From assembly GCA_947628855.1 (NCBI GenBank), contig CANRBM010000003.1, forward strand, positions 1 to 54,965: a DNA stretch of 54,965 nucleotides. Direction: 5' to 3'. The DNA is from an uncultured Clostridia bacterium (GTDB taxonomy: Bacteria > Bacillota > Clostridia > Christensenellales > CAG-917). The notes beneath the pieces were generated by a model. That model was not told where the DNA came from. It did not search any database and worked only from the letters and a program-made list of their open reading frames with translations. The position numbers and the translations under genes were made by a program. Positions 25,652 through 37,700 of this stretch are shown here, piece by piece; positions within the stretch are counted from its first letter, which is position 1; the number at the start of each line of letters is the position of its first letter.

Positions 25652-27175
25652 ATGGCAAACAAAGAAAACAATCTCATCTATGACGTCCAAGATGTGCCGA
25701 AACCGTTTGGAAAGTTGCTCGTATTCGCTTTCCAGCAGGTCCTCGCCATCATGGCGGCGACTATCGCCGTGCCTACGATCGTAGGCAGACCCGCCGATAT
25801 CCCTGCGGCGATTTTGGGCGCAGGCCTCGGTACTATAGTGTATCTGCTCTTCACAAAGTTCAAGAGCCCCGTATTCCTCGGCAGCTCCTTTGCATTCTTG
25901 AGCTCATTGGGAGTCGCGGTCGCCTACGGGTATTTCGGCATTATCATAGGCTCCGTATTCGCAGGACTTGTGTATGTGGTGCTTGCGCTCATCATCCACT
26001 TTGCGGGTACTAAGTGGGTAAGCAAGCTCATGCCTCCCGTCATCATCGGACCTACGGTCGCGCTCATCGGTCTCAGCCTTGCGGGCAGCGCTATGGGCGA
26101 TATGGTCAAGGCGAGCGGCGACGCCGTCAACGGAGGCTACAACCTCGTTGGCTTGCTCTGCGGCCTTGTGACATTCATCACCATAATCGTTTGCTCCAGC
26201 CAAAAGAAGTTCAAGATGCCAAAACTCATTCCCTTCATCATCGGTATAGGCGTGGGCTATGTCGTGGCGTCTCTCTTCTCGGCGATAGGCTACGGCGCAA
26301 ACGTCGAGTATCTCAAGATAATCAATTGGGATCCGCTCGTAAACAACTTCAAAAATATCACGGTGGAGTCCTTCCTCACATATCCTCGCTTTGCGCTTTT
26401 CCACGGCATACAGGACAATGTCAACGGACATGAGTTGCTCACGGGAGCGGGCGTCGCGGAAGTCGCGCTTGCGTTCATCCCCGTCGCGCTCGTCGTCTTT
26501 GCGGAGCATATCGCAGACCACAAGAACCTTGGCACTATCATCGGCAGAGACCTTGTCGAAGGCGAGCCCGGGCTTGAGAGAACTCTTCTCGGCGACGGCG
26601 TCGGCTCGATCGTCGGCTCCGTGTTCGGCTTCTGCCCAAACACGACATACGGCGAGTCCGTCGGCTGCGTGGCTATCACGCGCAACGCGTCCGTCTGGAC
26701 GATATTCACCGCGGCTTGCATGTGCATTATTTTGAGCTTCATCAGCCCGATCATGTGTCTGCTTCAGACGATCCCCAACTGCGTTATGGGTGGCGTGTGC
26801 CTCACGCTCTACGGTTTCATCGCGGTCAGCGGTCTCAAGATGTTCAAGAATATCGACCTCGGCGAGAACAAGAATTTGTTTGTCGTCAGCGCTATCCTCA
26901 TCGCGGGCATCGGCGGTCTTTCCATACAGATCCCGTATGCGCTTGGTGACAATGGTCTCGTGACAAAATCTATACAGGTCACATCCATCGCTACCGCGCT
27001 TATCTTGGGTATCGTGACAAACGCCATCATCACCGCCATAGAGAAGAAGGGCGGCGAGACAGAGAAACCCGAAAGCATTATGTCGGCTCCCGTGGACGCG
27101 GACAGCACCTATGAGGTCGGCGCGGCGGATGCCGAGGAGACGCCCGTCGAAAAAGACTCTTCAGACAACGAGTAA
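25652..27175 (+). CDS. NCS2-family nucleobase:cation symporter (uracil/xanthine permease; uracil inferred from the adjacent upp)
   Basis: 507 aa from ATG 25652 (AGGAG RBS). About 13-14 TM segments. N-terminal 'FAFQQVLAIMAATIAVPTIVG' and 'FAEHIADH', 'NTTYGESVG' are NCS2-like. Acidic C-terminal tail. Confidence 0.75.
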   Translation: MANKENNLIYDVQDVPKPFGKLLVFAFQQVLAIMAATIAVPTIVGRPADIPAAILGAGLGTIVYLLFTKFKSPVFLGSSFAFLSSLGVAVAYGYFGIIIGSVFAGLVYVVLALIIHFAGTKWVSKLMPPVIIGPTVALIGLSLAGSAMGDMVKASGDAVNGGYNLVGLLCGLVTFITIIVCSSQKKFKMPKLIPFIIGIGVGYVVASLFSAIGYGANVEYLKIINWDPLVNNFKNITVESFLTYPRFALFHGIQDNVNGHELLTGAGVAEVALAFIPVALVVFAEHIADHKNLGTIIGRDLVEGEPGLERTLLGDGVGSIVGSVFGFCPNTTYGESVGCVAITRNASVWTIFTAACMCIILSFISPIMCLLQTIPNCVMGGVCLTLYGFIAVSGLKMFKNIDLGENKNLFVVSAILIAGIGGLSIQIPYALGDNGLVTKSIQVTSIATALILGIVTNAIITAIEKKGGETEKPESIMSAPVDADSTYEVGAADAEETPVEKDSSDNE

Positions 27176-27184
27176 AATTTGCAG

Positions 27185-27220
27185 GGCATACGGGGCATAA
27201 ACTCCGTATGCCTTGTTTTT
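27185..27220 (+). terminator. Intrinsic terminator between the permease gene and upp
   Basis: GGCATACGG (27185-27193) / CCGTATGCC (27204-27212) followed by TTGTTTTT. Confidence 0.7.
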
Positions 27221-27314
27221 AAAATGGGGCGCCCATGCGAATTTGTTTTTGGGTTCGCGTCCGCCCTACGCGCCGCAAAGAGTGTGGCGCAATGCAAAAA
27301 TAAGAGGTGAAATT

Positions 27315-27953
27315 ATGCAAAAATATGACAACGTAACGATTTTCGATCATCCGCTCATCAGACACAAGGTCGCTATACTGCGCGACAAGAACACGGGCAT
27401 GAAGGAGTTCAGAGAGCTCGTCGAGGAGATCACCACGCTTATGGTTTTCGAGGCGTTCAAGGATGTCCCCACAAAGACGGTCATGGTCGAGACTCCGCTT
27501 GAGACAACGGAGCAGACTATGGTCGCGGACAACGCGGTCACCATCGTACCCATACTGCGCGCGGGTCTTGGCATGGTCAACGGCGTTCATACGCTCTTCC
27601 CGACGGCGCGAGTAGGGCATATAGGGCTCTATCGCGACGAGGAGACCCTCGAGCCGCACGAGTACTATTGCAAACTGCCCGAGGGCATTGAAAAAAGCGT
27701 AGTCATCCTTCTCGATCCTATGCTCGCGACGGGTGGCAGCGCGGTCGGCGCAATAGACCTGCTTAAAAAGCGCGGCTGCAAAAGTATCCGCCTCATGAAT
27801 ATAATCGGCGTCCCGCAAGGCGTAGAGACAGTGCATAAGGCGCACCCCGACGTAAAAATTTACGTCTCCACCCTCGACCGCCAACTCAATGACGTCGGAT
27901 ATATCCTGCCGGGCCTCGGCGACGCAGGCGACCGCCTCTTTGGCACCAAGTAA
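27315..27953 (+). CDS. upp: Uracil phosphoribosyltransferase
   Basis: 212 aa from ATG 27315 (AGAGGTGA RBS). 'IFDHPLIRHKVAILRDKNT', 'VPILRAGLGM', PRPP loop 'LLDPMLATGGSA', C-terminal 'YILPGLGDAGDRLFGTK'. Confidence 0.9.
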   Translation: MQKYDNVTIFDHPLIRHKVAILRDKNTGMKEFRELVEEITTLMVFEAFKDVPTKTVMVETPLETTEQTMVADNAVTIVPILRAGLGMVNGVHTLFPTARVGHIGLYRDEETLEPHEYYCKLPEGIEKSVVILLDPMLATGGSAVGAIDLLKKRGCKSIRLMNIIGVPQGVETVHKAHPDVKIYVSTLDRQLNDVGYILPGLGDAGDRLFGTK

Positions 27954-27996
27954 ATATACGACGCGGGCTGCGGTCCACTTGAATTGTTTGAAAAAA

Positions 27997-28019
27997 CCAC
28001 CGATGTGTCGGTGGTTTTT
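27997..28019 (+). terminator. Intrinsic terminator after upp
   Basis: CCACCGA-TGTG-TCGGTGG followed by T5 and preceded by A6. Confidence 0.75.
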
Positions 28020-28459
28020 AATGGTCGCAAGCACTACGCCGCGCCATCGGCAATTGAGTCAAAAGCCGTACATACGCACAAATCGTGGAGTTTCTGTTTG
28101 AAGGGGTAACCGACTAAACGGCAGTAGCGACCAAAAGGAAAAACCGCCCCACTCTTACATAACGGACGGTTTACAGAGCGGAGGAGACGCCTGCCTCCCC
28201 TTCGCTCTTAAAGAATAGCAGACGGCAGAGAAATCGTCAAGAAAAATTTGCCACGCGAGAGAGACTACCACCCGCCGATATCATCTGCCGCAGGTCGATA
28301 TCAAATGCAGAGGGAGATACTTCGCACTTAGCGTCGGCATGTTTGAATTTCAAAATGCGGTGGCGGAGCAATAAGAAGCAATAATAAGCCGATAATAGCG
28401 GGATTTAAAATGATTTTTAAAAAATGCATAATTATAAAAGATTTTATGTCTCAATTTGA

Positions 28460-28488
28460 TTGACAGATATGGATTTAGGGATTATTAT
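28460..28488 (+). promoter_or_regulatory. Near-consensus sigma-70-like promoter upstream of the giant lipoprotein gene
   Basis: TTGACA (28460-28465), 17-nt spacer, TATTAT (28483-28488), within an AT-rich block. Predicts a ~245-nt leader. Confidence 0.55.
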
Positions 28489-28739
28489 GAACCTATATTA
28501 ATATTTGTAATGCACAAATATTCATAAAAATGCAGAATTATACATTATTTATGCATAACGTCAACATTGCAACACTATCATTAATATAACTGAAAGAGGA
28601 GCCCGACGAAGCTGTCGGCGAAAAATAGATATAGAAAAATAAATAGCCCCTACTGCCGCGGCGCGGGAGAAAAACCGTGGCGAGGCAGGGAAATAAGATT
28701 ACGTAACAACAAAAATTATTTAGACCAGGAGGAGAGCAT

Positions 28740-31700
28740 ATGTCTAATAAAAGGACTTTTACAATTGTTCTCGCGGCATTGATGGTCGTTGTGCTTTTGG
28801 TATGCGTGCTTGCAGCGTGCGACCCCAAGCATAAAGATCCCGTGCCGCCGGGACCCGAAGGAGGAACATACTATTTCGACGCGGGAGCGGAGGAATATAC
28901 CGTGTCCCTTGAAGCGGACAATAAGTTTACGCTCAACATTTTAGGCGAGACTCACAGCGGATGGTATTCGTTGTCGGGTAGCGCCCTTTTGCTTAATTTT
29001 GACGACGACTCGGAGCAATTGTCCGCGCAACTGACGAACAATTATAACACTCTCGAATTCACCTACAACGGACAGGCGTACACATTCTTGCGCAAGACCG
29101 AATTTACGGTGACATTCGATACGGGGGGGGGTACCCAGATCGATCCCGTCACTGTCTTGAACGGCAAGACCATCTCGAAACCGGATGCGCCCTCAAAGGA
29201 CGGCAACTTTGTTTTCGAGGGCTGGTATTCGGACAGCAAATTCGAATTTAAATACGATTTCGACGCTCCCGTCACGGGCGATATCACTCTTCACGCGAAC
29301 TACGTGTCCTCCATTAGGGAGCCTATCGAATTCACCGTAAAATTCGCTGGAGATGGCGGATTTGAACCTATTCAGACGATAAAAGGCGTCGCTTACGGCT
29401 TGCCCGAACCCAAGAAGGATGGGGACAAGTTCGTGGGCTGGTGGGTGAGCTCTTCAAACGAACAAGACAAGCTCTCCTATCAATATGAGGGGCAAAAACT
29501 CACCGAAAATACGACGTTCTTCCCTGTGTGGCAGTCTCAGCTTGTCGGCGGAATGGAAGTTTCCGTCAATGCGGAAGGCATATTCTGGACGGGCAAAAAC
29601 GACGTCACGATCAGCATAGTATCTCCCGCCGGCGTGACTTCCGAGACCATAACAGGGCGCGAAAACGAGTATCTATTCGATTCGAACAACTACAAACTGT
29701 CTCAAAACGGCGAGTATAAGTTTACCGTTAAGGCGGCGGGCTCCGACGACGCTACCGTGCGTTATTTCGTCAACGGAAGGTTGTCAAGGGTCTCATGTTT
29801 TGAGGTCGAAAACGGTTCCAACTCTTTAAAATTCAACCATGTCGCAAACGCGCAGTCCTACAACGTCAGCATTGTGACTAAGGACGGCGTAAAGCAGGAG
29901 ACTCTGGACGCGGCGACGGTGCAAAACAACACAATGGTGTTTGATTTTTCCGCATACGACATCCCTGCGGACGGCTATGTATTCACCGTAGAAGCGGTCG
30001 GCAAAGGGTATCTCAATTCAACGTCCGAATCGTTCAACTACAATCGTTTCCTCGACAAGGTAGCGCAGCCCGTCTTTGACGAAGCTACACAATCTTTCTC
30101 GTGGCAAGCAGTCGAACACGCAAATCGTTACGTCGTCAAATTGAACGGCGAGCAAGTTTTGGACGGACCGTCGGTCACTTTCGACCTTAAAGATAAGGAT
30201 CCGGGCACGTACTCAATTGAAGTACAGCCTTTCGGATTTGGCTACAACGCACCCGAAGCGACGACGAAAAATATTGACAAGCAAAAACTTGCCGCTCCTT
30301 CAAATCTCAAACCGAGCACGGACGGCAAATCCATAGTTTGGGACCACGTCAAAGACAGCGTAGGCTATATCGTCTACAAAGGCGATGTAAAGCTTGCGGA
30401 GCCTGCAACAGAGTCATTTGTATTCGACGGCTCGCTTTTGAGCGGCGGAGCAGTAGATATTTACGTTGTTGCAAAGAGCAGCGATCCTAAACTCAACTCG
30501 CCGAAATCCAACGCGATGAACGTCAGCAACCGCGTTGAAAATATTACATACAACAAGGGCGTCATCAGTTGGAGCTTTGTGCTTGGCATAAGCAAATATT
30601 TTGTCAAGATCAACGACGGGCAGGAGCTTGAAGTCAACGGCACTTCCACGAATGCGTTGCCCCTTGTCGCAAAGACGAACGTTATTTCGGTACGTCCCGA
30701 AAACGGCGAATCCAACACCGCGACGGTTGAGGCGTTTGAGATCTCATTCGATCTCGGCTATGAAGGCGCGTCGCACCCCTCGCAATTCAAGACGACGGGC
30801 GAAAGTTTGCACATAACAAATCCCGCGTCGGAGCGTTACGGTTACGACTTTGAATATTGGGTAGACGAAAACGGCACTCAGATAACGGACGGCACATTCA
30901 ACGGGATTTCGGACACGGTGTACAAAGCAAAGTGGGATCCGCATGAGTTTATGATCACGTTCGACCTCACCGATCAAGCCATCGACGAGGAGATTAAAGA
31001 CACAAAATACAACAATCAAAAGGTGACGTTTGACGACGGCAACTTTACTCTTCCCGCGCCTACTACCGCATCAAAAGACGGCAAGCACGCTTTTGAAGGT
31101 TGGTATATGAGTTTGGGAGGTAGTTCCGCTGCTCAAAAGATAACCGACTATACGGGCAAAGCGACCGCTCCTTTTGCGTACAATCCGACGGACGGAAAAG
31201 TCACGTTCTTTGCAAAATGGGTGGAGATATTCAAATTTGAATCGGTCGAAGGCGGCTGGCGCGTACAGAAAAACGGCAACTACATCGACTATTTGTCCAA
31301 CGTGAAGATCCCAGCCAAGCAGGACGATCAATGGGTCGTGGCGGTTTCCGATTTTTCAAACTGCACAAAGCTTGTCACTCTCGACATCCCGTCGAGCGTC
31401 ACGCAAATCAACTTTGGCGATCAAGGCGTATCCTTTGCGGGCGATACCGCGCTGACGGCAATCAACGTGTATCCTGCGGAAGGTTATAAAGGCACGGTGA
31501 AATATGCTTCGAAAGACGGCGTCTTGCTTGAAAACGACGCGCAGGGCAATGCGGTCAAGCTGATGTATTGTCCTCTCGGCAAGTTGAGCCGCCTCACGGA
31601 ATTCACCATTCCCACAGGCGTCAAGACTGTTGCGGCGGGCGCGTTTTACAGCGAGACATTTCAATACAATGCGTTCCATTTGCAGACCATCAACTTCCCT

Positions 31701-34700
31701 GCGACGGTAGAGAGGGTGGAGAAAAACGCGTTCTACAACATAAGGGGCATCACCACCATCAACTTTTTGCCTGTAAATGAGGGAGAGACCAAGGCGGAAA
31801 CTCTTATCATTGAGTTGGGCGCGTTCACGGGCGACGGCGACAACACGCACAGCACAACATACGACGTCGAGGTCATCAATTTGCCCGCGCGTTTTGACGC
31901 GACCAACTTTGATCTTTTCGATGAATTCCGTTGGCTCGAACAAATAAATGTCATAGAAGAGGGCGGCAAGTTTACAAGTATAGGAGGTGTGCTTTGCTTG
32001 AAGAGCGGCACCACGCTTGAACTTGCCAAATATCCTCTGTACGGCGCAAACGAATACTCCGTACCCACTGAGATAACTAAGATAGGCGCAAAGGCGTTCT
32101 ATCACAACACGCGCATCAAGAACGTGACCATCGGCGCGCACGTCACCAACATCGGCGAAAGTGCATTTGAAGGATGTATGGGGCTTACCACGCTGACATT
32201 CCTCGGCACGAAAGAATCGAGCGACCTGCACATTGCAAGGAAGGCATTCTACGGCTACTATAAAAACAATCCGTCCTCAGCGCTTTGGCCGAAGGTGACC
32301 GAATTGACTTTGCCCGCCAACCTTGTCGAGCTTGGCGAGATGGCGTTTGGCAACCATGGCAACTTAAAGGAAGTCAAAGTGCTTGTCGAAAGAGATAAGG
32401 TCGATTTCAAAGATGACGCGTTTGTAGATATCGAGGTCAACAAAACGGCATGGGTCACGGACTTATATCTCGGCGCGGGCGTGCCCTATTTCAACATTTC
32501 GGGGGTATTCGGCGGCGCTCTGAAAAGAGTTGAAGTTGATCCTCAAAACAAATTTTTCACCAACGCCGAAAACGACGGCACAAACAAAGGCGCGCTTTAC
32601 AACAAAGAGATGACAAAGCTTGTGTACTTCCCGAAGTCGTTTGAGGGAGTTTTCAACATACCTCTCCAGATAACAACAATTTCCAACTCACTGTTCACAG
32701 GTTGTAACCTAACCGGCGTCAAGATACACAACAAAGTCACAAGCATAGGAAACTTAGCATTTGACGATTGTGCAAAACTCATTTCCGTCGAATTCTGCGA
32801 CCAAAACTACAAAACGCTTAAAGCAGGCGAGAAGTTTGAAGCGCTTGTGATCGGCGTCAACGCATTTAAGGATTGCGTCAAATTGACGACAATATCTCTC
32901 CCCGAAGGTCTTACGAAACTTGATGAAGGCGTGTTCTCCGGTTGCACGACGCTCAGCGAAGTGCATTTGCCTTCGACGCTTGCAGAGATGGCGCTAAAAT
33001 CGGCGGATTCTGCAGAAGAGGGCGAAGTGGGCGACTTCACGATGTTTGAAAAATGCGACGCGTTGTCCGTGCTCACCGTTGCCGAGGGCAATGAAAAGTA
33101 CGGCGCGTATGACGACGTTCTGTACGAATTGCGCAAGGTGAACACCGCCGCCGCAAAGGAAGATCCTGTCTATGGATTTGTTGAGAATACGCTTTTGTTC
33201 TGCTCTCGTGGCAAGACGGGCACCGTCACTATACCCTCAACAGTGCGCAGAGTACAAACAAACGCATTCAGTGGCAGCCAGGTGTCGGAGATCATCTTCG
33301 AAGACCTTGAAAAGACCACCAATGTCGATGGTGAAGACCATGTTGATCTCACCATTATGGCGGGCGCGCTGTACAACACTCCGCAACTTGAAAAACTGCA
33401 CCTGCCCGAAGGCATGACATCGCTTGCCGATACAGTTGAGGATGATACAAAACATAAAAACATATTCTCAAAGATGAACATCTCCGGGTCGGCATGTTAC
33501 GAGGAGGCGTTTAAAGCGATCGACTTCCCCTCCACGCTCACATTCATCGGCGCAAGGCTGTTTGACGGCTATTTCAGGTGGTATGATCCTCTCACCGTCA
33601 CGTTTGCGGAGGCAAAAGAGGGACAGGAGGTAGCAGGACTCACCATAGAGGACGCGCCTGCCGAAAAGTCGAGTTCTTCTTCCACGACCACAACAGCCAC
33701 GAACAAGGGTCTGTTTGTGAACGGTTCTGTCACTCCGACGAGCGGCATCAACCTTGCACCCATCACATTCCCGTCCCACCTCATATACTTGGGCAAGGCG
33801 GCGTTGTACTGCACAAAGGTGAGCAGCGTCACATTCACCGAACCGGCGAAAAACGAGGATGGTTCATACAAATTTTCGCTTGAGATAGGCACCTCTGCAT
33901 TCTATGACGCACCCAACATCACGTCGCTTACTCTGCCCGGCAATTTGACGAAGATAGGCGACCATGCGTTCTACAAACCGGGGTTTGCAAGCATAACCAT
34001 CCCCGCGAATGTCACCGAGATAGGCGCAAGCGCGTTTGCAGGTTCGTCAACGGGTAATGCCTCTGCTCAAAGCATGCGTCTTACTCAATTGTTATTTGCG
34101 GAAGGCTCCAAACTGAAAACGATAGGCGACAGCGCGTTCGCGTCACAGAGTCTCTCTCAAGTGACCATACCCGCCAGCGTAACAGAGATAGGCAAACTCG
34201 CGTTCAATAAAAACAAGCTGTTGACGAGCGTGACTTTTGAAGATTTTGACAAGGTCAAGACTACCGACGATGAAGGTAAGGCTGTAAGCATCGATGAAAT
34301 CTTGCTTGCGATAGGCGACAATGCGTTTGCGTCGGACACTGCGCTTAGCACTATCACACTTCCTATACGTTTGAAGAGTTTGGGTGCAAACGCTTTCTTG
34401 GACAGCGGTCTGACTTCAATCGAATTCGCGGGAGTCAAAGACAGCGAGACGAAAGAAGAAACTGCATCACCCGCTTACGATACGGATCGTACCATCAGTC
34501 ACCTCGAATCGATAGGCGACATGGCGTTCAGCAACACCCCTCTCGCATCGATTGTATTCCCAAAGACCCTCAGTAGCAGCGCTCCCAACGAGTTGAAGCT
34601 CGGCGTAAACCTGTTTGTCGGTTGCACGCAATTGACAGAAGTAACGCTGTCCTCCACCGTGCTTGACATAAGCAGCGTGTTTGCGGGCAACGGCACGATA

Positions 34701-37700
34701 AAGAAGATCAACGTCAACGTCAACAACACCAAGTTTGTGGCGGATACAAACGGATTGCCCATCATATATGAAAAGAGCGGGCAGAGCGACGATATGTCTG
34801 TCGCGCTTGTGTATGCTGACCTCAAAGGCACGATCACTCTTTCGGGTGACAATATAGGCGCGGGCGCGCTTGCCAACATAACGGGCATACAACACGTGGT
34901 GATAGGAGCTTCCGTCAAAGTGATCGGCGACAGGGCGTTTGAAAACTGTGTCTCGCTTGAAACTGTAACAATTGCGCCGGGTAGCCAACTGCAAACGGTC
35001 GGTTCATACGCTTTCCAAAACTGCACAAGCTTGACTACGGTCGATTTCTCCAACGCGTCTAAGTTAACGACGTTCGGCGACGGCGTATCAAAAGGAACGA
35101 CAAGTACAAGCTCGCTTGCAAGCAATATCAAGCAAACCGTCGGCATTTTCAACGGCTGCTCCAACCTTGACACTGTCAAGCTCGGCAGCGGCGTGACAAA
35201 GCTGGGCGTAGCGATGTTTGCAGGATCGGGCGTAAAAACGGTAGACTTGTCGCTCTCGACCAATTTGGAAGAGTTTGAACAAGCCGCGTTCGGCAATACG
35301 CCAAGGCTCACCACAATAAAATTCCCCGAAGCGAAGGACAACAAGTTGGCGCACCTTGGACAGTACACCTTCTTCGGGTCGGGAGTGCAAGAGCTTGACT
35401 TCTCAAGCTGTCAATTGCTCAAAGCCACCGCGCCGTCAAAGTATTTGGCGACAAACCCCGACGGCACAGATCCCGACAGCAAGAAAGACATCAATGGTTT
35501 AAGCCAATATGCGGCGACGTTCGCGTATGCGACAAACCTGCAAAAAGTTACCTTCCCAACAACATTGTTGGCGCTTGGTCAGTATACTTTCGTAGGGTGC
35601 AGCGCGCTCACGACGGTGGATGGCATTGCAAACGTCAACAGACTTTGCAAAAATTGCTTCGAAGCAACGGGCGACGTCCAACTCACGTTTGGCGACGTTG
35701 ATATGAATTTCGGGCAATATGTGTTCTACAACGCAGGCGACGTCAAAGTTGTGTTTGGCGACCGTGACGTGACCATCGGGCAATATGCGTTCAAAGGAGC
35801 GGGCAACGTGCAGATCACACCTCCTAAAAATCACACTATGACATTTGAAAATACAGACACGTTTGCAGAATCCAAGATAAAGACGTGGACAATCCGCACG
35901 CAGGACGTTTATACAAAGACAGACAGTATGTTCAAAAAGTGCACGGAACTTGAACACGTCTACGTGGAAAAGGGCGCGACAGACAACTTCACAGCGATAG
36001 CCGACCATATGTTCGAGTGGTGTACATCGCTTGTCAGCGTTGAGTTTGACAAGCTTGAAAACCTTGAGTCGATAGGCGCACAAGCGTTCAACATGTACGA
36101 CAATGGGACGAATAAAAAAATTATCTACGAAAACGTTTTTGTCGGCGGGGACGGACAATCGCCCGTGCTTGACCTCAGCAAGACGAAGATAAAGACCATA
36201 GGCGCGCAAGCGTTCAGCGGTTGCAACAAGTTGAAGTCGGTCAAGTTGCCCGCCACGCTTGAAAAGTTAGGCACTGGTAGCGAAGGCTCTGGCAACTTCT
36301 ATAAGGGCGTATTTTACAGCTGCACTGAGCTTGAAAGCGTGGACTTCTCGCTCTGCTCGAACCTCACTGTGCTTGGCATGAACGCGTTCTACGGCTGTAC
36401 GAGCCTCGACAACGTCGACTTGACGGCGACTCAGTTCGACAAACTGTATAATAACACGTTTAGGGGTTGCACGTCGCTTGCAAACATCAAGTTGCCCGAT
36501 TCGCTGGCGCGCTTTGACGGAACGTATCAATTCCAGGGTTGCACAAACCTTCAAAGCATAGACTTGTCCAACACGGGCATATCCACATTGCCGTACGCTG
36601 CGTCATTCTCGTTGTCGACGCAGGCATATACGTTTGCGGATTGCACCAATTTGCAAAGCGTGACGCTCTCCAACGCCGTGACGGGCATCGGCACTAACGC
36701 ATTCCAAAACTGCGGCATGCTCGAATCCATCAACGTCGTTGACGCAAACGGCAGGGAGACCGATTCAGGCATATCCATCATAGGCAACAACGCCTTCCAA
36801 GGCTGTTCGTCGCTTGCGGAGTTTGACTTCAGCGCTGTCACAAAGATTGGCTCATCCGCATTTGCGGGCGCGGGCTTCACGACCCTCACTTTGCCCGACA
36901 AGTCGTTTGTGGCAAGCTCGATAAACGCAAGCGCGTTTGAAGGCTGCGAAAAGCTGACAAAGGTGATAATACCTTCCAAGTTCAGCGTGGCAACAAATGT
37001 TGCAAACTACATGTTCAGGAATTGCACCTCTCTCATCACAGTTGAGTTTGAAGTGACGGATGGCGCGGCAAATCGCACGTTGCCAAAGGGCATGTTTGCA
37101 GGGTGCACACAGCTTGGCTCAATCGACTTCACCAACGCGTACATCACATCCGTACCCGCAGAGTTCCTCAAAGGAGCAAGCGAGCTCAAGTCGATCACGT
37201 TGCCGGAAACCGTGACAACTATAAGCGCAAACGCGTTTGAAAACTGCGGCGGTCTGAGCGCGGCGAGCTTTGGCGAAGCGGGCTTGACAAAGGTCAAGAC
37301 GATAGGGGCGGCGGCGTTTAAGAATTGCGCCTTCACGGAAGTTACGTTTGAAGAACTCACGTCGCTTGCCACCGACTCCTTCCTTGGTAATGAATTGACT
37401 TCCGTCACTCTTAACGGCAACGCGGCAAACAACTTTGCGTTTAACGATACGTTCAAGTCGTTGACAAACAAGGCGGGTACGACCACCTACACCTACAACC
37501 CGACTTTGAGCGAAAACGGTACGCTCGACTTGTCAAAGGTCGAAAACCTCGTGTTGAGCGCGTACATGTTCCAAAACGTCGAGGGATTGAAGTCCGTCAT
37601 ATTGCCGAAGTTGCCCACATATTCAGGTGAGTTTTTCCCGGTGATACCTGCAAACACGTTTGCCAACAGCTCCGTCGAAACGGTTGACCTCAGCAACACG

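Noticed and set aside
36114-36120. A7 run inside the giant gene as a second slippage site.
   Set aside because: Seven A residues encoding Asn-Lys-Lys is unremarkable. It is shorter than typical contingency tracts and lies far from the 5' end.
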